A stretch of DNA of 64,000 nt from Candidatus Obscuribacterales bacterium (GTDB lineage: Bacteria; Cyanobacteriota; Vampirovibrionia; Obscuribacterales; Obscuribacteraceae), in assembly GCA_965228855.1 (NCBI GenBank), contig CBDDIJ010000004.1, positions 1 through 64,000 of the forward strand, given 5' to 3'. Positions within the stretch are counted from its first letter, which is position 1. The number at the start of each line of letters is the position of its first letter. This document shows, one piece after another, positions 1-12,531 of this stretch. The notes beneath the pieces are model-generated. The model saw only the letters and a program-made list of their open reading frames with translations. It was not told where the DNA came from and ran no database searches. The translations under genes were made by a program, and so were the position numbers.

Positions 1-434
1 TCTGAAGACTTCTCAGCAGGAGTGTCGCTCGACTCAACATTGATATTAATCTTTTCTATACTTTGCTGAGTCTTTTTGTGTTTGTGGTTTGTTTCAGCAG
101 ATTTTGATAAAACTGAGTCTTTGTCTTTCTTATTCGATTCAGGAATATTTTTGTTTTCGATGTTCTTATTCTCTTTGTCCTCTTTGATCGCAAATTTCGA
201 AACCTTCGCAAGTTTCCGAGAATTTGATATTTTATGGGTCTTAATGTTTTTCTTATCTGAAAGTTTCTTTTCACTATTTTTGTTCTGAACTTCTCTCAAC
301 CCCCGACCGTGCTTGCGGTCTTCAAGGTCGGCGCTGACGCTTTTGCATCGATCCTGCTTGTCTCTCTGCAGTCTTTTTGCAGAAACACTGGTCTGGCCGC
401 CTGCAGTCTTGCCCTTGACTTTGCTCTTCTTCAT
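1..434 (-). CDS. Hypothetical Lys/Ser-rich protein, 5' part (runs off window start)
   Basis: ATG at 434; frame MKKSKVKGKTAGGQTSVSAKRLQRDKQDRCKSVSADLEDRKHGRGLREVQNKNSEKK... stays open to base 1; AT-rich leader upstream. Confidence 0.6.
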   Translation of the reverse strand, partial: MKKSKVKGKTAGGQTSVSAKRLQRDKQDRCKSVSADLEDRKHGRGLREVQNKNSEKKLSDKKNIKTHKISNSRKLAKVSKFAIKEDKENKNIENKNIPESNKKDKDSVLSKSAETNHKHKKTQQSIEKININVESSDTPAEKSS

Positions 435-2272
435 ACTTAATTAAGAATTTTTAAAATTTTAACGACTTTTTATCCATAACATTAATGCAATTATGTTGTT
501 ATAACAGTTTACATATTTTTCTCAATTTTAATTATTATAATTTTAATTTAAGATAATATAAAATGAATTATGTTTCAAATTTTATTTGTTTTATTTTTGT
601 AATTTACCTAAACCTCTTTTAAGAATAAACCATATCAAAATAAGTAAACTAAAGTATATTTTTCTTTAGAATTTATTTAACCAAAATTTTTATTAACTTA
701 TTGCAATAGAATATATTGATTTAAAATAGCTTTATATGTAGCTTCAACTATTATACTAAAGTAATTCTTTATGTTAAAATTTTCTACTTATTATTACAGA
801 ATCTAGCATTTTGCTTTGCTTTGATTATGATCATAATCAGGTCATTTGAAGATCAGCTTTCCAAAAATGATTTGATCTTTAGAAAATCGAAGAAAATCTT
901 AGTAAGAACAGATCTATCACAAAATCTGAGAGGAATAGATTTGGTGATAGTTTCAAATATTATATTTTTGAATTTTTTTGTAAATTCATGAGATACTAAG
1001 GAAAGGTAAAATATTAGTCTTACTTTAATCGTGTGTGTGACATTTTTAATGTACTTCACAAATCTTTATTAGTAAGAAGTATCACAATTTTTTTAAAACT
1101 ATTTTCCTTATGTTTTGAGCAAGATTTATGAGTCATAAGATAAAAACAACTTCAGAGGAGAAATTTATAAATATATTAAAAAAATCTGAAGTTGCTTTAT
1201 CTCCAATAGCTCTTGAATCATCCTCAGGAGTAACTAGGGATCAATATGAACAAAGATTGAGGGACTGAATTCTTGGAGAAATCGAAACTTGAAACCAATT
1301 CTAAGAGAAGTCGCACATCATATAGAGATCTAAATATTCATTTTATATCCATATTTAACAATATATGATTAATTTTAAATTTTAAATTTAAGATTAGGAT
1401 ATTTGTTTCAGATTATTATTAAATATTTTTTAATAAATATTTATATTGGTTTTTTTTTAATGTCAGTTCAGTCTGTTTATAAGTTCAATTTAAGGTATTG
1501 ATATATAAGAAGCATTTAATAATATAACAAATACCTTAAATAAATCACCGTCCTTTTATCAAAGAGATTCAGCAAAGAAGTTAACAGAGAATCTCACTCC
1601 AAAAGTACTAAGTTTTGACAAAAAATAACAATGCCTTAACTGAATCTAATAACGATGATAAAGGCTTCAACATTTAAAATTAAGTTAGCTAATTCATTCA
1701 AATTAAAACTATAAATTTCTTGATTTATTCGAATTTAAAAATATTATGAATAAAATTTTATTTGGTTCAAACCAAATATAAATTGATGTTGGTAGCTTAA
1801 GATAGCATAATTATAGGATAGCTTGAATCAGCCAGGATAAGCCTAGACTTACTAAATTAGCTTAACAGCAAATTTATTATCTTTTGGCTTAAATTAGCTT
1901 ACTTTAGACTTATTCCAGACCATTAAAACTTGTGTCTCCAGCTGCTGGATAGTTCAGATGCTGAAAATATGGCTCATCTTGCCTGATCAAATTAAATTAA
2001 TTTTCTTTGAATTCAATTATCACATTATTGCTTACATCGAACTCAGAATTCACACGATTTTAGTATTTATGAGTTTTATTTTAATAAAGCTCATATTTCA
2101 AATCTATTGGGTTTAAGAAATCTATTAGCTAAAAGAATCTCAAACAATTTTGCTATTATTTCTTCGAAGTGCCTGAAAACAAATACCCACTCTCATTTTC
2201 TAAAATAAGAAAATATTATATATAAAGGAAAATAATTAGGAGATACAGGCTGACTGTAAAATTTAAATTATA

Positions 2273-2277
2273 TTGAA
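2273..2277 (+). promoter_or_regulatory. Candidate E-Cbs chromosome breakage signal (TATTGAAATA) 5' of the CHY gene
   Basis: Matches the Euplotes HATTGAAaHH consensus, faces inward, 25 nt before the ATG. Confidence 0.55.
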
Positions 2278-2302
2278 ATAGATAATAGTAAAACCAAAAG
2301 GG

Positions 2303-2726
2303 ATGTGCAAACATATACTTAACGCTCAAGTTCAGATTAGAGCCGCCTGCTGAAAGAAATGGTACGACTGTGCTCTATGTCACGCTGAAAATGAAGACCA
2401 TGATATTCTCAGACAGAGTGAAATGGTGTTTGCATGAAAGAAGTGCAAAAAGATCTTTAGAAAGGACATGGGTATGTTAAACTCGCAATTTTAAATTTTT
2501 AAATTTAATAGAGATTTATGAGGAATCAGATGAGTACTGTCCCAGATGTGATAACCATTACGTTCTTGATGCAGTCACACCTGAAGACAAAGGACACCTT
2601 GTAATAGGATTTGAGGCGAAAAAGGGATATGAACACATGCTTTGCAAAGATGATAGAGAAAAAGATAGAGCGCCAACACTCATGGATTATGGCGATTTGA
2701 ATTTATCAGATGAGGATGATAAATAA
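2303..2726 (+). CDS. CHY-type zinc finger protein (2 exons, intron 2472-2511; TGA=Cys at 2351 and 2435)
   Basis: MCKHILNAQVQIRAAC[TGA]KKWYDCALCHAENEDH...MVFA[TGA]KKCKKIFRKDM/EIYEESDEYCPRCDNHY. Both TGAs fall at conserved Cys positions of the CHY motif (CC and CxxC). 40-nt GT..AG intron. Confidence 0.9.
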
Positions 2727-4954
2727 CTCACACATAAATAATCATATCGTAAAAGTGTTGTGCTTAATTTGCACTTTGGGACTAGATTTAAATGGGTATG
2801 CTAAGGCTTATTTGCACCATCTATCTATATTCATATTCAATAAGTGATGTAATGTAATAAATAGGTTAATTTGTACAAATTTATATTATAAAAGATGCAC
2901 TAACAACATCCAAAAATAAAATTCAAAAGAAATATAATTATTAATATAATATAGGGTCAAGTATTTTAGTTCAAATAATCCAAAGAAAATGCTATTTTTA
3001 GGACAAACAAGATTTTAGGAAAATCAACTCTCACAAAGAGGATTTGTCTTCCTAAGATCTTGTCCCATCTTAAAAAAAATCATTACAGAATCTGGGTTAA
3101 AATGCTCTATTATACCATATAGGAGGATAATATTTTAAAGATATTGCATAATTAAGTAGTAAATATTAATCATCTCTTTTAATTATATATAAAAAATAAT
3201 TTTTTATGAAAATTATAATTACCTTTGATAGAATTTTATTAAATTTAACTTTATATGTATTCTATCAAGCAAATGGAGCATTTTAAAAAATTATTAACCG
3301 AATTTACTAAGCTTATTGGATATTAATTTTAGCATTAATAAATTAAAATCTTCTCTTTTCATTTGCTTTCAATCATAATCTCCTATTATCTTCACTAATA
3401 GACATTATTCTTTTAAAAATGTATTTCAAAACTTGATATTTTCAATAACTACTTCATCTTAAATTAATTCTTATCTAAAATAAAAAAAGACCTTATAAAA
3501 TATTTATCATGTTAAAGACAGTAAAAGAATTCAGAATCAATTGAAAGCTTCAATATCTTTAAATCTATAGTTATCTATCTTAATGAATAAATTAATATTA
3601 ATTAAAAATGGCAAATCGTTAAATACTCATACATCTCTCAAAATATGCATTGTCAATTTCTCCAGTTATTTTGAGGTAATATAAAGCTCTATTTAAATTA
3701 AAATAAACTTAATAAATCATGCTCTTGAACAATTGGAGAATATCATCTGTAATTATTCTGATCATAAATATTTTTAATCTGAGGCAAATTTCAAAGCATC
3801 CAATCATTAATTTTTTTTATTTTATAAAAAATATATTATTAACGAATCGCAAATAAATTTCAAATCTAAAATAATAAAATCTCAGTATTTTAAGAGATTC
3901 TTTATAAATTCCTATTTTTCTTTAAAACCGTGAAAAGGTTGTAAAGGTAATTTTAATTGAATTATTAAAACCAAATATTTATTTTAACTAAAAAAAACAA
4001 AGAAATTTGCGAACTAAAGATCATAAGTAAATTGTGAACTTGATTTGAATAAATTCAACAAAAATATCTAATTATCTTGGATTAACTATAAATTATTGTT
4101 ATGAAAGGAACATTAAAGCAATCTTGTTAAGTTTTATCTATTTCGGATCACATATCACTCAACTTTGATTTTTTGAATTCATCCGAATACTAGTTTTAAG
4201 GATGACGAATTAAGACTTTTCAATGTGACTTTAACTTTTGAAAATTAAATTCATATACTAATGAAGAGGAAGTATAGTTGATCTTCTGATTCATAAAACA
4301 AAATTTATGTCTCATTTACAAGAATACGCACAAAGGTGCTGAAGAGCTAATTTTAAAATCAGCAATGCTTAATTAATGTATATCGGCTGAGACTGTTTAC
4401 ATTTCTTATAGTAGAATAGAAATACTATTATAATAAAATTATATGAACAGATCCAAATGACTGATTACTAAATATTATACGGAATTGCAGTCTTGCTGAT
4501 TTAAAATTGTAATTTCTCTAAAACTAAAAAATAAAAACTAAATAAAAATGCGATATCTTTGATACTGTAATGATGTAGTTAGTAATGAATTCTTTAGGTT
4601 TATATTTAAATATTTCTTATGCAAACTTATAATCATGCAATTTATATTATATAAAATTAAGCAAAATTTTATTAGTACAAAAAAAATAATAAAGGAAATT
4701 ATAAATATTTTCTATTTAATTATTGAGAAAATGACTGAATAACAAAAAATTTGTTTTAAATTTAATAGAAATTTATTTTATTAAATTGATAGTAATTTCG
4801 TTTTTTAATACTTTTTAATCTATTAATTATTGCTTGTAATTCTGTTTTACAATTATTGAATTTTCAAAGTATTTTTATATGAATAAAGAAAACTAATTTT
4901 TATTTATTAAGTTCTAACTATAATTCAGCAAGAATTGAAATAGAAAGATTAACA

Positions 4955-6702
4955 ATGGAGTCAACAGTTTCAAAGCAAGAGCAAAGCCTGTCTACCTCTA
5001 ACATGATGGATGGGAAATTTGATCCTACTGAGGCTGATACCCAAAATGTCGGAGAGCGAGAGAGATTTGCAAGTGTTGAATTCATTGAGGAAAAAGGTAA
5101 TCATGAATCACACTAACGATTTCATAAAATTTAATAGATTTTATATTTTTGATATAGTTACTCATTTGAAGATGATATTTGCATTTATTGGGGATTAAGA
5201 AAGCCTTAAAATTCTTGGATTAATGCTATATTTTAAGTAATTTATTTCAGTAGTTAAAAGAAAAGATACTTTTATTGATTTGCTTGTTTGGATAAATGAA
5301 TATATTTAAAAGGAATGTCTGTGATTTATTCATTTAATTATTGTAATTTGCTTAAAAGTTAAAGGAAAATCTAATCCTGCTATGCTCTTTTCTTAAATCT
5401 AACTATTAATAAAATTGCAAATGATAAGTCTGATATACTTTCATCAATATTTTATTCTATTGAGATTGTAAATTTAACTTTTCTTTAGTTGACGAGCACA
5501 TTAGAAAGGAGATCAGAGGATTCTGGAGGAGAGTTTACGAATCTAAGACTCACATGTGAAAACATGACAGAGGCTGAGTTTACAATGTTCTTAAAGGTGT
5601 ACTTAAAAGTGCTGCTCTTGGATACGGAATCAAATATGCAATCAATATCCTCTTTTCGCTTATGAAGCCAAAAAAGTTTATTGCAAATGTATTGTCAAAG
5701 AAATCATTCATGGATTGCTCAAGATTTGCACTATTTATGAGTAAGTCAGTATTAAATTCTTCAATTTTGAACAAGAATGCTATTATTTTTGAAGTTTCTC
5801 AAGATCTGCATTTTTTCAAAATAGCATGATATTGATATCTTTACATTTGTAAAATGACGTGGCAAAAATTATTCACGTCATCAATTAATTAATTTTTTAG
5901 CCAATAGCAAATTTAATTTATAATCTCGTTTTAATTTTTAATGAAAAATTAAAAACAGCGAAAAGCTAATAAAAATAAAATTATCTATCAAATTTGTGTG
6001 TTTCAATGCCATTACTCATGATTGATTGCTAATTCTTTAAATCATTCCTAAATTCTAAAAAAAATAAATGGTAGTTCTCTTCAACACTGTATACAAAGCA
6101 GTCCTGTGAACATTAAGAAGATTTACAAAAGACGACAATCTCAGCTCCACAATTGCTGGAAGTAAGGAATCTGGATAACTTATCTTAGTTATGTGAGCAA
6201 TGTCTTTATTCGTAGAGAAATCAAGCAGAAGAGAATTCGTTGCTTTGATTTTCTTCTCAAGAATGCTTGTAAGTAAAACCTAAATGCTAACTTTTTAGGA
6301 TTCATTTATGAACTTGATGGAGACAAAGACATCAGGATATGTTTATTGGTATACCTCTTTAATCTATTATATTTTTTATTTATGCAAAACAAACTCAAGC
6401 TTAGTATTGTTACAAGAATAATAAATACGAATTATATTAATTACAAAAATAGTATTTTAATTTTATAAGGGTGAACTAATATAAATGTTAGAAAGTTTAA
6501 ATACGGAGAGACAGTATTTCTCTTAATTCAATGTGTTTTCTTAAAGTATTTATACGCATATGAATGGGAGCTTGTTCCAAAGTCAGTAGCAGCAATATAC
6601 AAGACATATTCTCATCAAAAGCCAAATGATTTAACTATCAAAAAATTAATTTGGAGACCTGTGTTAGATGACTTTTTGAAGGCGCATCCAAGTGCACCTT
6701 AA
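4955..6702 (+). CDS. TMEM135/PXMP4-like membrane protein, multi-exon (first intron 5097-5488)
   Basis: Spliced frame gives ...THM[C]KHDRG[C]VYNVLKGVLKSAALGYGIKYAINILFSL...DCSRFALFM...YKAVL[C]TLRR...FSRML...KFKYGETVFLLIQCVFLKYLYAYEWELVPKS; bracketed C = TGA; GTAAG/TAG introns. Confidence 0.7.
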
Positions 6703-7005
6703 CTCCATTTGTTAATAGACAAAAAAATTGGTTCAATATATCAAAATTAATTTTTTTAAATTTTTTACTCTAATATTTGTTTTATTTAGTATAATTTATT
6801 TAACTAATTATTGCAATTAATTGAAAACTACAAAATTATTTTGAATATAAGATCTTTAAAATAGTTTTTAATATAAACAAATAATAATTTATCAATAAAA
6901 TAATCAAAATCATTTATAAATTATGATGAAATTAATCATTAATATAAAAATCATTCAAAATCTTAGTTAAATAATGAAACTATTATTAAATATATTATTA
7001 ACACT

Positions 7006-8016
7006 TGTTACTCGTGAAAAGTATCCCTCCCCTCCCCTCAGGAGGGGGATATTTTTCTAGAATTCACAACTCGTGAAAACTATCCCCCCTAAATTTGATG
7101 TCTAATTTTAATAATTATGGTTCAAATTTTATTTAAAAGATAGAACCTGAAGAGTTATATAAGCTCATTAGCTCAATGCAGATGTAAGATCAATCAAAAT
7201 GGAAATGCGTAAATTCAAAAACATAGACAAAAATAGTGATTAAAATAGACAAATCCCTAAAAGAAGCAAAATTACAAAACTTAGGCAATAATTAGACTTA
7301 GAGAGGATGATAGTCACTTTGATGCATAAAAAAATATGAGAGCTTCATAAAAAATTAGAAAATTTAGGAATTCTTATTTTAAAATCGACTAGGTGTAGTA
7401 AAAAATTCAACAAAGCTATATATTTTTCTTGATTTGGCAAAATATTATTTTATTTAAAATATTTCTTGGAAAATTCAGTAAATGATTTCTTATTTATTTT
7501 AGCAATTAGAAGCATTGCACAACCGGAGTTGCTTCTAATTGATTCACAAGGGACGCTAATGATTAACATTTTAATTCAAAGTCAAACTTAAGACTGAAAA
7601 ATCATAACAGTTGAAAAATAGACAGTTGAGAATTATGAGAGAGGCCAGCTTGTAAAGATATCCAATTGAATTCAGTAGATTGAAACTCAAATTATAAATA
7701 CATTGTTTATCAAACTCAAAGTTAACTTTAAAAAAGATCTAAAGAAAAAGAAATGGAAGCGTAGAGCTATTTTAATTAAAATTAAGCAAGTCGTTGTAAA
7801 TCTATTGCTATTGATCAGTTGAATCAAATTCTTAGCACAAATTGATTTTTTTATATATAGAAAATAGACAAGGATGCATTAAAGAGAGTTTAGTCATAAT
7901 AATTTTATTAATATGATTTACCTTTTTTAAGGAGGGAGGGGATAGTTTTCACGAGTTGTGAATTCTTGAAAAGTATCCCCTCCTGGGGATAGGGGGGATA
8001 GTTTCTACGAGTAACA
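7006..8016. mobile_element. Non-autonomous TIR DNA transposon (1011 bp), TGTTA...TAACA termini, ~85-bp imperfect TIRs, 5-bp TSD ACACT
   Basis: Left end 7006-7090 is the imperfect reverse complement of ~7931-8016. ACACT occurs at 7001-7005 and 8017-8021. Each TIR has two copies of ACTCGTGAAAA(G/C)TATCCC or a close variant. No intact internal ORF seen. Confidence 0.85.
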
Positions 8017-8055
8017 ACACTTAATATTCATAAAACTGGTTCTTAAAGAAATGAT

Positions 8056-9305
8056 TTATTTTTTGGTATTAATCAAGGAAAATGCTTTGGCAAGGTATTC
8101 AGTTTCTTGTTCTTCATCGTCTTTCTTTTCTTCAGGTTGTTCTTTCTTTCCTTCTATAATTTTGAATTGTAAAGGGTTATGTGATAAAAAGATATAAAAT
8201 ACTTACTTTTTCCATTATCTTTGAATCTATCTCTGTTTTTGTCTTTACCTTCAGATTCTTCCTTCAAGGTTTGCATTGACTGCTCAATAGCCATTTTGAT
8301 AAGGTCTTCTTCAGTGATTTCATCACCTCCTAAGTGCTCGTAGTTCCCTTCGTAGTCTTCATCATAGTATTCATTAAGAGAAGGAACTGAAGGAGAGGGA
8401 GTCTCAAATTTCCTCTTGCCTTGTGGAACTAAAATTTGTACTTGAAGAGCATTTAAAAAGAATATTACGACAGAATCATAAAAGAATTGCGGCCTAACTG
8501 AATTGTGATCACCTTCAAATGTAATGTAGTTTTTATCACCTGAATATGCTTCATGCAATGCTTCTGAATGGTCAGGGATAATGAAGTCATCTCCAACTGC
8601 ATGTGCAAATAAAGCTGGTATGAAAGCTTTATCTACATGAGCTATTGGAGATACTTTGTCTAATTCAAATTTTGCATTTGATTTTACCGATTTTGCAATA
8701 ATTTTTGTTCCTAATGATAAAATAAATCCTGGCATCTTCGAATACTTTTTGGCAAGCTCATTTGCTAATTTTTTAAGATCACTAAAAGCTGAATCACATA
8801 CGATTCCAGCAATTGATGGATCACGATCACTATGTAATAGTGCAGTTACCGCTCCCATTGATCTTCCCCAAAGTCCAATAGTTGATGTTCTCCCTGATTC
8901 TCTTAAATAGTTGACAACAGTTTGAACATCATCTCTTTCATACCATCCAAGAGATATGTATTCACCATCACTCTTGCCAGAACCACTCAGATCTAATGAG
9001 AAAACAGATATATCTTCTGGAAGAAGTAGCTTTACAGCAGGTAAGGCTTCGACTCGACTTGAAGAGTTTCCATGTAAATAAATAACACACGGCAGTTCAG
9101 TACACGGTCGCTGAGAATCAATCGGTTCATAATGAGTTCATTTTAACGTAAGTCCTCTTTCGTTTTCAAGGTCGACATCTGTCCTCTTGAATTGTCTGCC
9201 TTTAATTTCAAATGTTTTTGGCCCGAGTACCTCATCATCATATTCATTATCTCTTGGTGGTCTAATGATGGCGTTGACTAAATCAGAGTAGCCTTTGATC
9301 TCCAT
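8056..9305 (-). CDS. Alpha/beta hydrolase family protein (TGA=Cys at 9138-9140; intron 8154-8206)
   Basis: MEIKGYSDLVNAIIRPPR...LTLK[C]THYEP...CVIYLHGNSSSRVEA...GLWGRSMGAVTA (GxSxG nucleophile elbow)...DDFI...GDHNS (Asp, His of the catalytic triad). Confidence 0.9.
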
Positions 9306-9529
9306 ATTCAAAATGTTTATAACTATATTTAAGAAATCTCTAAACTTCAATTTGAGTATAGTTTAATAGCCAATCGCCATCTCGTATTCCAGCTTTTAAA
9401 AAGTACAAGAATAAGCATTTCATATTTAAAAATTCAAAGGAGATTTAATGAAAACATCTATTCACTTCCTGAATAAATATAGATTCGGAATTGAACTAAT
9501 TTTATAATTTTTATTTTAATAAGAAACTG

Positions 9530-11070
9530 ATGTACAAAAACTATGATCTTGCAAGAGGTACTATAGTTTGTTCTCAATTATCTTAGCAGAATATTGCCTC
9601 ACACTTGTCCTAAATTCCAACAAGTATTTAATTTTCATTTGAGCTTGTATATTAGAAATTAAATACATTCTTTTATTTTACTAATCTTGTTGTGCGATAA
9701 TTTAGTTGATAAAATTTATTCGAAGGTTAAAGTTTTGTGAATTTATAACCAGCTTTCAATTATAGAATCCAAGGTATCTGACAGAAGCAATAATAGGCAA
9801 CTAAATTTGATAGAAGGAGTCGCGCAAAAGCAATTTTCTTCTAGGAATATTTGATTAGCCAAAGGAGAATTGAGCAGTCATAAATTTCCTCAATCCAAGT
9901 AATCAATTTACTTCATTTTGTTGCTAATTCAAAATGTAATAAAAACAATTGCTTTAGAGATTATACAACAATCGGAGTTGAACTTGAGAAGTTAGAGCAA
10001 AAATTGAGAAGCTCGATCACGCATTCTACACAAAAGAAATACAAAGGAAAAGTAGAGATTTTGACAGATACTAAAGCTCGATTTAATGCTCAGCGCTTAT
10101 TCAAACAAACAATAATTAAAAATAGAAAATATGCAAAACAACGAATTATTGCTCCAATTGAAATTAGTAAAATGAAAGCTAATATGGTCAAAATATTTGA
10201 CCATCAAGCTGGATATGGATTTTCTCGCAATAGTTTGGATGATAAAAAGCAAGACAAAGCTACTAATACATGAAGTAAGCAGCTTTTATGAATTAATACG
10301 ATGAATTCATTTTAGATGAATTTAGTCAGTCGATATCTCAAATGATATTCAAAAATACTTCAAAGGAGTACTCTTCATCAAATAAACTTAAAGGTAGTCT
10401 TGATTCTTGATAGAATAGAAATTCAAAAATAAAATAAGAAAACTCTCATGGATTTCGCCTTATAAAGTAATAAAAACAGAGAGAAAGAGCACTGAAGACT
10501 ATTTGTCTCGAAATGAGACTCATAATATTGGTCGGCCAGTTGCTAAAACCTCAGTCTGCATTAACAATAGTTATCAAAATGAGAGCAGCTCAATAAAAAT
10601 AATCGACAAAGGATATAGAGATCTTCAAGATCCATATATTTACAAGTATATAATTCACAAAGAACGAAATTTGCAAAAATTACCTTTTACAGTTGATTCA
10701 AATCTTTCTTGTAGTCGTGAATGAAAATAGGAGACAACTAAGATTCGACTCGGTGAGTAACTCAGTCGAGGGAAATCTCAGCTATATAAGTAATAGAGCG
10801 ATTCTTAAAAATACAACTCAAAACAACGATAGCCCTATTGAAAAGTCAAAGAATGCGAATAAATTTATTTTAAGACGAGACTTGATGCAACATTTTAAAT
10901 ATAAGGATATCTGAATTGTAAGTAAAACTCGAAAGTTAAACAAAAATAAGCTAAATTCAATTTGAAGAGAAGATAATAAGGTAATTAATTTGAAATGCTT
11001 TTAGTTATATTGATATAGCTATACACTAGTATTTGTTAAAAGAGTCAGCTCAGGCAAAGTTACTTCATAA
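9530..11070 (+). CDS. Hypothetical multi-exon protein with TGA-Cys codons and a +1 frameshift at AAA-TAG 10725-10730; ends approximate
   Basis: ORF-track fragments 10004-10273, 10503-10724 and 10693-10914 can be linked by TGA readthrough, short GT-AG introns and a +1 shift at AAA TAG. No recognisable domain. Confidence 0.45.
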
Positions 11071-11332
11071 TATATAATAAAATATACATGCCTCTATTTT
11101 TATGCAAAAAATTAAATTCAATAAAATTAAGAGAAAGTATACTAAAGAATTATATAAAGTTATTGATATAAAAACAACCATTCAATAATATTTATATTTA
11201 ATATTATCAAAATTAATTTAGTATTATTTCTCTAAATTTATTTTTTAATAAATAAAAGCATTTTGATTATTTAATCAATTGAGAATATTATCCCATTTAA
11301 GATATTTATTTATACTTAAATTTGAGAAGATC

Positions 11333-11743
11333 TTAATGACCGTAGGTTTGATATTTTCTAGTAATTTTTAATTGATTTGATAGAATCGGATTTCAAGCAC
11401 TTCACTTTTTACTATGATGAGAGATACGAGAAGTATAAGTAAATGGAATAACTTTTGCAGAATTTGGAATGCTTATTTTCGAACGAAATAAATTTGGCAA
11501 TTTTCCATTTTCACAATCCTTCACTATCTCTTTTCCCGAACTTCTGCATCTTGTCGAATACTTATTCCACCTCTCAATAACAGCCTTAGTCTCATCCAAA
11601 TCCTTAATCAGTCTAATCCTTGCAGTCCTTCCTTCTCTAACAACCCTTTCCGCCATCAATTTAGTCTCAAAATGCATTCTAATAACATTTCTCCTCCACT
11701 TATCCATTTCCTCTTCAGCAATCAGTCTATTTCAATCGTTCAT
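11333..11743 (-). CDS. Hypothetical protein, divergent from the zinc finger gene
   Basis: With TGA=Cys, ORF 11402-11707 extends from ATG 11743 to TAA 11335-11333. Confidence 0.4.
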
Positions 11744-11814
11744 TTAATTAATTCTTTCAATCGCTCCTACAATTAACCTCTCCCAAATAAACCCCATCCC
11801 TCCATCCCTCTCCA

Positions 11815-12357
11815 ATGCCACGAAGAAAGCAATCCGCTTTAACCCAGCTCCTCGCCTCCCTCCCATCCCCATCTTCAACTCCTCCTTCCTCTCCATCCAC
11901 CATCCACATGACCAAACGTCAAAAATTACTCCACCACAAATCCAAAATCTCTTCCAAACCCATCAGCTCACCTCCAAAACAGCAAAATCCCTCAGCCGAC
12001 CCCCCAAAATCAGTGCCAAAGGTGCAAAAGAGCTTGACTGAACAGGTTTGCTCGAGCGCGGAGGAGCTAGAAAGGATCAAAATAATGATGAGTAGGAAGT
12101 TAAAAGAAGGAAGTCGAAAAATGGAGGAAAAAATAGTGAAAGAAGAAAATAAGGAAGAAGGAGAGATGGTGGTGAGGGTCAGAGAGTGGGTGCATGAGGG
12201 CAAGAGGAAGGTTGAGACTGAGATGGCGAGGAAGAGCAGGAGGAAGAGGGGCAGGTGAACGAATTGAGGGAAGGAAGGCAGGTATCGGATGAAGGTTGGA
12301 TGGTATTGAGGGATTCAGTGATTTAAACAGATTAGGGAGAGAGGGCAGGCACAGTAA
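11815..12357 (+). CDS. HIT-type zinc finger protein, possibly INO80B/Ies2-like (180 aa)
   Basis: Reading TGA as Cys extends ORF 11815-12258 by CTNCGKEGRYRMKVGWYCGIQCFKQIRERGQAQ*, a C-x2-C...Y-C-x3-C finger. All four Cys are TGA (12256, 12265, 12307, 12319). An MTKRQK motif lies upstream. Confidence 0.6.
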
Positions 12358-12531
12358 TTTATTTTGATTTAATGTTGAACTTATTTATTTTAAGATGGAA
12401 AAGTGGGATAAGGTAGATGGGGTTTGGGAGAGGGAGTGGGGTTTAAGGTGTTAATTTTTTGTGGAAATTTTGGTTTTAATTTATAGATAGAAAGGGAAAT
12501 GATAGAGAAATTAAAATTGAGAATATTAAGG

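Noticed and set aside
828..1304. Short coding-like fragments (e.g. MSHKIKTTSEEKF...CNQF at 1128-1304), with similar patches at ~1500-2200 and ~2900-4500
   Set aside because: No coherent gene model or recognisable domain could be built.
2721..2726. AAA-TAA at the end of the CHY gene (also at the hydrolase end, 8061-8056) as a frameshift site
   Set aside because: Both proteins are already complete and the sites are near the predicted chromosome ends, where Euplotes terminates normally.
6339..6491. Possible non-TA IES with an ATGTT pointer in the TMEM135-like gene
   Set aside because: An ordinary GT-AG intron (6349-6491) restores the frame equally well; the two cannot be distinguished here.
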